DNA of 32,000 nt, taken from the NCBI RefSeq assembly GCF_000009705.1, contig NC_003272.1, forward strand, positions 5,280,001-5,312,000. The letters run 5' to 3'. Source of the stretch: Nostoc sp. PCC 7120 = FACHB-418. GTDB taxonomy: Bacteria > Cyanobacteriota > Cyanobacteriia > Cyanobacteriales > Nostocaceae. Both the position numbers and the translations under genes were made by a program. Shown here piece by piece: positions 25,467 through 32,000 of the stretch. Below the pieces are notes generated by a model. It saw only the letters and a program-made list of their open reading frames with translations, did not search any database and was not told where the DNA came from. The first letter of the stretch is position 1, and every line of letters starts with the position of its first letter.

Positions 25467-26402
25467 CTATTTGATATCTAAGTATTCTGATGAACGCATT
25501 TCTAGATAGGGACGTTGAGACTTTGGTCTTAAGTTAACCTGTAGCCAATAACGCCAATGTCTAATACTGGCTTCTGCATGATGCAGCAAGTTCTTCTTCC
25601 AAGAAAGGATATTCGGATTAGTAGAAATTACAGTAGGTTTCACCCTGGAAATGCCTAATCGACTATATCCTTCTGGTAGAAAGTGTGCAGTAAAAGATTT
25701 TCGAGAATACTTTGGGTTAGTATTTTGAAAAGCACCATGAATGAGATAAGGATGCCAAAAGAGGACTGAACCTTTTTCCAGCAGCATTGGCTGTATTGGA
25801 TAACTTTGCTCATTGATTAATTTTTGAATGTTTTTGGCGTATTCTTCATGATCACTAAACAAGGGAACATCTGTTTTTCTGGGTATTACAGAACCCTTAT
25901 GACTCTTGGGAACTACAAAAAAAGCGCCTGCATCCTCTTGAATATCTTCAAGGGCATACCAACACGCAATTAAGTTACCAGGGGGATCACTATCTAAATA
26001 GTAATGATCTTGGTGGGCTACAGTGCCAGTTGATTTGTCAAAAAACATTGTTTGCCAGATGGTGTGTTTCTGTTTACCTGTGAGTGTTCTTAATATCTGA
26101 GAAACAGAATCTGCACAAATAATATTTGACGATGAACGACAAAAATCTTTTTGGTATACTAACTCTAATGGATTGAGAATAGAACGCTCTATGAATCCCT
26201 TTTCGTTGATGGCAAGTTTTTCTGCCCTGTTAGTATCTTGAGATCGAAAGTAATAGTTTTTTGATATCTTAAAATTCTCATACTTGTTGATAAAATCTGT
26301 TATTTTTTCAAGGGATACAGCATTTTTTACAACTACATAACCATTCTCTTCATAATAATCTTTAATCTGTTCATTTTCGCTCGCTAAGAAAGCCTGTGAC
26401 AT
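25467..26402 (-). CDS. Phytanoyl-CoA dioxygenase (PhyH) family Fe(II)/2-oxoglutarate oxygenase
   Basis: 311 aa. Has the HxD facial-triad motif (VAHQDHYYLD), a distal His (WHPYLIHGAF) and Arg/Ser (SRKSFTAHF). Confidence 0.8.
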   Translation of the reverse strand: MSQAFLASENEQIKDYYEENGYVVVKNAVSLEKITDFINKYENFKISKNYYFRSQDTNRAEKLAINEKGFIERSILNPLELVYQKDFCRSSSNIICADSVSQILRTLTGKQKHTIWQTMFFDKSTGTVAHQDHYYLDSDPPGNLIACWYALEDIQEDAGAFFVVPKSHKGSVIPRKTDVPLFSDHEEYAKNIQKLINEQSYPIQPMLLEKGSVLFWHPYLIHGAFQNTNPKYSRKSFTAHFLPEGYSRLGISRVKPTVISTNPNILSWKKNLLHHAEASIRHWRYWLQVNLRPKSQRPYLEMRSSEYLDIK

Positions 26403-26427
26403 AATTTGTTCTCCTAAATTTATTTGA

Positions 26428-27663
26428 CTATATAAGCTCTTCTTTGATACCCATACGTATTCGCTGATAGCTAAGACCTAAGGATAAGGAAGTTGTGATA
26501 TACATTAACCAATTCCAACTAGGAGTTAGTAATCTAGCTTCGGAAAAATTGACGATAACAATGATAATTAACATTTGCATCGGCCAATAATCCTCTGGCT
26601 TTTTGGCTACTGAAATAATTCGACCTAGTGCTAGGACAAAAAATCGTATAAATCCGGCTGCAAATACCAAGAAGCCTAAAAATCCTATGTCTAATAACAT
26701 TTCCAAGAAACCATTATGGGAATTACTCGCCCATTCGTAGGTCGCTCTAACATTAGCCGCTTCAGAGCTATTCCAAAACCCATAATATCCATAACCGAAC
26801 CAAGGTCTTTCCCAAACCTTGGAAATTATTGGTTCCCAGAGGTCAACACGCCCATTAAAAGTTAAATCTTTACCTGAAGTACCCACTATATTTTCAATAT
26901 TAGTCATCAGTAATATTGTAGAAAGTGTGAGTAGTATTAAGGCTAAACCAATCATGATAACTTGTAATTTATAATTGGTTTTTTTGAAAAATCTGTAAAA
27001 AGGTAAAAGCAGGATTATTGTTAATAAAATTGTCAAAGATGTTGTAGATCGGGAAAGGATAATGAGGGATGTAGCTGTACTACATAATATCCACCTCAAC
27101 CAAGTATATTGATAATTACTCAAAGCTAGATGCAGAAAAATTCCTGCACTCCAGGCCATCATGTATCCTAGTTCATTTTTATGTCCATAAATTCCACTCC
27201 ACATTCCTGCTAATTCAGGCGCTTTGTGAATATAATCTGGCAGGAATGCAGAGAAAAACAGAGATAATAATGTGGCTACACCAAGAGCTAAAGCTATGAG
27301 TCTCATTTGCTCTCTTATGGAATAGCGCATTGCTAAATATATTGCTAATAAATATATTCTGATTAGCCCTCTTGTATAGTTCAGAGCAGTCCTGATATCT
27401 TCAGACCACAAAAGAGACAATATAACTATTCCTAATAAAATGAACTGTAAAGGCTCTTTGGTAATGACATATAAAAAACCTTTCCAGTAAGAGATGATAA
27501 AGAAGAAGAGAATTAAATATGAAACTATATTAAATAGAGTATCTAGCTTGTCACCGCCCAAAGGGGAGGTTGAAATTTCTTGTGCAGGATGTATTGTTAA
27601 TGCGCCTACAGCAATTAATAATAGTAATATAGTTAATATTTTTTCTGGTAGCTTTACATTCAT
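26428..27663 (-). CDS. O-antigen ligase/polymerase family membrane protein (Wzy-type candidate)
   Basis: 411 aa and polytopic (about 10 or more hydrophobic segments). Has the GIYGHKNELG loop typical of the Wzy_C/O-antigen ligase family. Confidence 0.8.
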   Translation of the reverse strand: MNVKLPEKILTILLLLIAVGALTIHPAQEISTSPLGGDKLDTLFNIVSYLILFFFIISYWKGFLYVITKEPLQFILLGIVILSLLWSEDIRTALNYTRGLIRIYLLAIYLAMRYSIREQMRLIALALGVATLLSLFFSAFLPDYIHKAPELAGMWSGIYGHKNELGYMMAWSAGIFLHLALSNYQYTWLRWILCSTATSLIILSRSTTSLTILLTIILLLPFYRFFKKTNYKLQVIMIGLALILLTLSTILLMTNIENIVGTSGKDLTFNGRVDLWEPIISKVWERPWFGYGYYGFWNSSEAANVRATYEWASNSHNGFLEMLLDIGFLGFLVFAAGFIRFFVLALGRIISVAKKPEDYWPMQMLIIIVIVNFSEARLLTPSWNWLMYITTSLSLGLSYQRIRMGIKEELI

Positions 27664-27698
27664 GGTGTGATTCTACTAGTTGTAATAATTATGAAAAA

Positions 27699-28625
27699 TT
27701 ATTTATGGGATTTTGAATAATTAATTTTTTTCTTCAATTCCTCTTTAAAAATGTCTAAAGTCGTTGCTTTATAAACTATTTTTTGTGTAAAAGTATCCGC
27801 CTCTACGTTGCGGATAATATATGGTGGATGCTTTAAGGGAAATTCCATTGATTGGGTCGGTAGATTGATAAAAGAAAATTCTTTATCAGATGTAAAATGA
27901 GTTGCATCAGCACCAACGCCCACATTAGCAACTAAATTAACGTTGGGTGTAATACTTAAACTACCCTGCATCCAACAAGCAAAAGTCCATTGGTAATCCC
28001 AAGTGATGCCTGTAGGATTGTCGTAAATAGTTTGAAAGGTTCTACGCCAATAATTGACTGCTTTGGAGTCGAGCAGAATGTCATGTAGAAGATTTTGTGC
28101 TTGAACTTCTTGCCAGAGTTTGATGTTTAAATCATAATGTTGCCAAGCACGTTTCCATGTTGCCCAACCCCAACAGTGGCTATAGCGAGAGAAGTAGTAA
28201 CTATAATTTGTGCGTGGTTGCCCAGCTTGGACGTTTTGTGCAGAAATACTAGAGATTCTAGTATCGTTTTGGTATTTTTCTAGTAACTCTTCACTGAATC
28301 GGAAAAAGCTATTATGTGGTATGCAATCATCTTCCAAAATGATTGTCTGTTCTACTTTACTAAATACCCAATCTAAACCACTAGAAACTCTCGTTGCACA
28401 ACCTAAATTAGTATCCGCATAATTTTTGATAACTTCGCATTCCCAATCTACTCTGTCAATAATAGCTCTGCTTGCTTCGCACTTTTCCGCCTCACCTGGG
28501 CGGTCAGTTCGGGGGCCATCCGCAATGACAAAAAGTTTTTTTGGTTTGACTTGTCGAATCGCCTGGAAAACTTTTTCTGTTGTTTGTGGGCGTTTAAAAA
28601 TAATGAAAGTTACTGGTGTTTCCAT
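27699..28625 (-). CDS. GT-A fold glycosyltransferase (HlpA-like / GT2-related)
   Basis: 308 aa. Motifs FIIFKRPQTT...LFVIADGPR and IILEDDCIP (DxD). The family name is from memory. Confidence 0.6.
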   Translation of the reverse strand: METPVTFIIFKRPQTTEKVFQAIRQVKPKKLFVIADGPRTDRPGEAEKCEASRAIIDRVDWECEVIKNYADTNLGCATRVSSGLDWVFSKVEQTIILEDDCIPHNSFFRFSEELLEKYQNDTRISSISAQNVQAGQPRTNYSYYFSRYSHCWGWATWKRAWQHYDLNIKLWQEVQAQNLLHDILLDSKAVNYWRRTFQTIYDNPTGITWDYQWTFACWMQGSLSITPNVNLVANVGVGADATHFTSDKEFSFINLPTQSMEFPLKHPPYIIRNVEADTFTQKIVYKATTLDIFKEELKKKINYSKSHK

Positions 28626-28664
28626 TTTTAGTATTAGTTAGTATTTTAGTTAGTTTTAAACAGG

Positions 28665-29987
28665 CTAATATTTATAGAACAGCAGAAGTGACTGCAATTG
28701 AATCTTAAATATTTTTTGTGTTCTTCTATCGAAAGCATTGCAAAGGAAAGCTGCCGCAGCTTGGGATATAATTGTGGCGATCGCCGCACCAAGTCCTGAA
28801 TATTGGGGAATCAGCAAGAAGTTGAGAATAATGTTCAATATAGCCCCAAATACAGTCTTACCTAGAGTTACATGATTTAACCCTTCGGCAATAAACCAAG
28901 GTGATGACGCAAAACCAAGGAATACAAATATAGAAGTCCAAATATGTACGGCGAGTATTGCGCCAGCACCTGCGTATCCATTACCAAATAACACCATAAC
29001 TATCTTGTCAGAAAGGAAAGTCATTGGCACAGCGATCGCTACAGCTATACAAGTTAGCAGCCGAAACAATTGTCCTAGACGCTGATAGTAAACTTTATCT
29101 GACTGATCCTTCGCTGCATAAATTGATGGAGCTACAGAGGGGACAATCGCTCCGGGGATAAAGTACCAAATTTCTGATAGCCGCACAGCCGCAGAATAAA
29201 TTCCTACCTCCTTATCCCCAATCATTTGACCCAACATGATCTGGTCAATTTTCATAAAAATCATGATGGCAAAGCCAGAAAAAATTAAAGGTAAACTCTC
29301 TTTGAGGAGTGTTTTAGCAACCTGAAAATTCCAACGCCATGACAAAAATGAAAAGCCTTTATACTGGTAAACAATAGCTAAACCAACTGCATTCATGGCA
29401 AATTCGGCCAAGGTTACCCAAGCAAATGCTAATAATGGTGCTTTTGTTAAAATCAGGGCTACTTTGATCAGAGTATTTAATAAAAAAGCTATATTTTTAG
29501 CAATAACAGCATATTTTGACTGCACCTGCGACTGGAACCATAGCTCAATAGTATCCGCAGCCCTAAAAATTCCCGCTATTGCTAAAATAGCCACTAACGA
29601 TATCTTCAAAAATTCGCGTTCACCCAAGAATATCGTAATACCAACTGCTAATAATACAGAGGCAATTCCTCCTAAAAGTTTTAGCCAAAATGTGGTTCCT
29701 AAAATTTCCTCTTTATTTGATGATTCACGCACTACATGGCGAACCACTATTTCATCTAGACCTAAAGTCAAAACAGGAGTAAATAAAGTAACAAAGGCTA
29801 GTGCATAGTTAAATAGACCATACTGTTGCACCCCTAAATAGCGGGCTATCCACACTCCCACCACCAGGCTTGCACCCATACGCAAGATGCGATCGGCAAA
29901 TAACCAACCAGCATTAGCAATGATGGCACGTAACCGAGAATGAGATTTTAATTTAGATAAGTTTGACAGCCTCAATTTACTTAGCAT
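28665..29987 (-). CDS. Polysaccharide flippase of the MOP superfamily (Wzx-type)
   Basis: 440 aa with about 12 hydrophobic helices and the typical N-terminal ...NAGWLFADRILRMGASLVVGVWIARYLG. Confidence 0.85.
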   Translation of the reverse strand: MLSKLRLSNLSKLKSHSRLRAIIANAGWLFADRILRMGASLVVGVWIARYLGVQQYGLFNYALAFVTLFTPVLTLGLDEIVVRHVVRESSNKEEILGTTFWLKLLGGIASVLLAVGITIFLGEREFLKISLVAILAIAGIFRAADTIELWFQSQVQSKYAVIAKNIAFLLNTLIKVALILTKAPLLAFAWVTLAEFAMNAVGLAIVYQYKGFSFLSWRWNFQVAKTLLKESLPLIFSGFAIMIFMKIDQIMLGQMIGDKEVGIYSAAVRLSEIWYFIPGAIVPSVAPSIYAAKDQSDKVYYQRLGQLFRLLTCIAVAIAVPMTFLSDKIVMVLFGNGYAGAGAILAVHIWTSIFVFLGFASSPWFIAEGLNHVTLGKTVFGAILNIILNFLLIPQYSGLGAAIATIISQAAAAFLCNAFDRRTQKIFKIQLQSLLLFYKY

Positions 29988-30063
29988 TTTAACTATATTT
30001 TTTTCTATTTGTCAAAATTCATCATATTTAAAGAAAATAATCTGTGTTTTATTTGATTAATAT

Positions 30064-31017
30064 TTACCTTATTTGTAGTTTTCCATTCAGCAAAAATTTG
30101 CCAAGATAATTAAATAATAAAAATATGCCCTTAATTTTCCAATACACATTCTTCTCAAACAGAAATATTATTTTTAAATACGATATAAAATCTTGATTAT
30201 TAGGACATGGTATTGTTTTTAGCTCATTCAGCGATGTAAAAGCTAATAAAAAAGGTAACTCTAAATTATTTTTTTGCAGGATGTAATTAAATAATGAATT
30301 GCGCTTCCAAAATCTCTTATATTCGTAATCTTTATCTGTATTTACAAATTTACTGTTATGAAATTGGTTGTTTTGATGTATTCTGTACCTTACTAAAGGT
30401 TGAGATAAATAAAATTTCTTCGCCCCCACTAAAGAAGCTCCCCACACCAAACAATCATCAGCCCTAACGCGCCAATCTTCTGTATTGGGAATAGGTAAAA
30501 CTTTCCTCAGGATGTCTCTACGCATTGACAATGTTGAAGTTATAGAGCCAATCCATTCGCCATTACATAAAGTTCTAATGACTGAGTAACCCAAATCTAC
30601 ATCTATTTCATAATCTTGAAATGTGCCTTCTACTGCTCCAAATTTTTTATAGGCACAAAATACAAAATCACATTCGCTACGTCTATTATAAAAATTCAGA
30701 ACAGTTTCTAAATACTCAGGTTCATAAGCATCATCAGCATCTAAAAAAAAGATGATGTCTCCAGAGGCATTTAAAAAAGCTTCATTGAATGAGGATAATT
30801 GACCTTGATTTTTTTCTTTTAATATATATTTAATATCTGCTTGTTGAGCAAATTTAGCGATCACTTCAGCAGAGTTATCTGTAGATGCGTCATCAACAAT
30901 AATAATTTCATCAAATTTAACTGTCTGCCGTAAAGTACTAGCAACTGCTTCTGACAGAAATGCTGCGTAATTATAATTATTAATTAAGCAAGACGTTTTG
31001 ATTTTTTTTGTATCCAT
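30064..31017 (-). CDS. Glycosyltransferase family 2 (GT-A)
   Basis: Motifs SCLINNYNYAAFL, VDDASTDNS and FLDADD (DxD). Confidence 0.85.
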   Translation of the reverse strand: MDTKKIKTSCLINNYNYAAFLSEAVASTLRQTVKFDEIIIVDDASTDNSAEVIAKFAQQADIKYILKEKNQGQLSSFNEAFLNASGDIIFFLDADDAYEPEYLETVLNFYNRRSECDFVFCAYKKFGAVEGTFQDYEIDVDLGYSVIRTLCNGEWIGSITSTLSMRRDILRKVLPIPNTEDWRVRADDCLVWGASLVGAKKFYLSQPLVRYRIHQNNQFHNSKFVNTDKDYEYKRFWKRNSLFNYILQKNNLELPFLLAFTSLNELKTIPCPNNQDFISYLKIIFLFEKNVYWKIKGIFLLFNYLGKFLLNGKLQIR

Positions 31018-31214
31018 AGGAAAGGGTCTGAAAAGGGAACAAAAAACAAGAACGTTGGTTGATAAAAACCAATTTTTCTGAACTCACAAAAAGACTTTTA
31101 TTATGCTGTATTCAGTTGCAAGCGATTATTCCCATAATTTACTTTTGATATTCTTGTAAAAATGCGAATGGAAATAATCGCCTCAAAAATACTCTGCAAT
31201 ATCCCTACATTACA

Positions 31215-32000
31215 TCAACTTTTTCTAGACAACTTGCTCAAGCTACTAGATAGTGAATCTGGTTCAAGTTGTCTGTATTTTGAGGAATAAATGTAACCGT
31301 TCGGTTCATTTTTAATATTCACTCCATTGATGACTATGCCTAAAACCTTTTGACCAGACTGAGTTAAAAATTCTTTAGCCGCATTAGCACTATTAAAATC
31401 AACTACCCCTGGACGAACAACTAATAAAATGCCATCAGTCAGGGTACTTAACACAGCCGCATCTGCTATGCCTGTTAGGGGTGGTGTATCAAAGATAATA
31501 AAGTCGTAATCCCTAGCAAAGTTACTCATCAATGTGGCCATGCGTTGAGAATCTAACATGGCTACAGGATTAGGTGGTAGAATTCCGCACGGAAGTACCT
31601 CTAAATTTGGCATTACTTCTTGTACTGCTTCATCTAAAGTAACTTGACCAATCAAGACATTGGTTAACCCGATCGCATTAGATAGATCCCAAATATGATG
31701 TTGTATGGGGTGGCGCATATCTGCATCTACCAACAACACCCGACGACCCGCCTGAGCCATAGTTACAGCTAAATTTGCCGATACTTCTGACTTGCCTTCT
31801 TTAGGGACGGAACTGGTGACTACAATACTTTTGAGTGGTTTATCGGAACAGAGGAACTTTAAATTAACTTGTAGTATCTGATATGCGTCACCTAGAGGAA
31901 AGTAAGGGATATCTCTACCAATGATTTTGGGAACAGCTCTATCAAGTCCTGGTATGGGTGTATCGTCTTTACCGTTTCTACCTAATGTGGGGATGACTCC
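31215..32000 (-). CDS. Polysaccharide co-polymerase / BY-kinase (Wzc-type tyrosine autokinase), C-terminal part; the gene continues past the right edge
   Basis: The frame is open from 32000 (GVIPTLGRNGK...). Walker A is SSVPKEGKSEVSANLA, Walker A' is VLLVDADMRHP, Walker B is FIIFDTPP, and the Tyr-containing tail is NGYIYSSKY. The track's Met at 31760 is internal. Confidence 0.85.
   Translation of the reverse strand, partial: GVIPTLGRNGKDDTPIPGLDRAVPKIIGRDIPYFPLGDAYQILQVNLKFLCSDKPLKSIVVTSSVPKEGKSEVSANLAVTMAQAGRRVLLVDADMRHPIQHHIWDLSNAIGLTNVLIGQVTLDEAVQEVMPNLEVLPCGILPPNPVAMLDSQRMATLMSNFARDYDFIIFDTPPLTGIADAAVLSTLTDGILLVVRPGVVDFNSANAAKEFLTQSGQKVLGIVINGVNIKNEPNGYIYSSKYRQLEPDSLSSSLSKLSRKS

Noticed and set aside
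1-32000. rRNA, tRNA, tmRNA, transposase/IS elements, integrase, prophage genes
   Set aside because: I looked through all gaps longer than 100 nt (391-719, 1359-1497, 4360-4690, 6705-6954, 14231-14620, 15596-15852, 19700-19952, 20727-20886, 22027-22147, 31018-31214). I saw no cloverleaf-like or rRNA-like sequence and no transposase or integrase-like ORF.

Overview
This window looks like a chromosomal segment from a filamentous (Nostocales-type) cyanobacterium. By eye I found 22 copies of the HIP1 palindrome GCGATCGC. The 693-aa dynamin-like protein matches, from memory, the structurally characterised Nostoc punctiforme BDLP. The window falls into four blocks. (1) 1-1460: the 5' end of a lipoprotein gene (minus strand) and a 1-Cys peroxiredoxin. 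(2) 1498-6704: a compact accessory, defence-like island. It holds a Uma2 (DUF820) endonuclease, a repeat-less HTH/NB-ARC STAND NTPase, a RelE/ParE toxin-antitoxin pair and an AT-rich, HIP1-free type II restriction-modification operon. The TA cassette is bracketed by a ~181-bp, ~94% identical duplication of the STAND gene 5' end and leader. (3) 6955-17838: a VIT-vWA protein, followed by a three-gene minus-strand operon of a small membrane protein, a canonical BDLP and a second dynamin-like GTPase. That second GTPase carries a Pro/Gln-rich linker and a C-terminal J domain (HPD). After the operon come cysteine synthase, a DUF5331-like protein and an adenosine-deaminase-family protein. (4) 17891-32000: a truncated receiver-domain remnant and a long minus-strand Wzx/Wzy-dependent polysaccharide cluster. 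The cluster holds a priming phosphotransferase, seven glycosyltransferases, a PhyH-type dioxygenase, Wzy-like and Wzx-like proteins and a partial Wzc-type tyrosine kinase. It is about fourfold depleted in HIP1. I found no rRNA, tRNA, CRISPR array or transposase. The best candidates for something new are the membrane-protein/BDLP/BDLP-J-domain operon and the rearranged STAND-TA-RM island. All coordinates of motifs and repeats were counted by hand. All homology statements come from motif recognition, not database searches.
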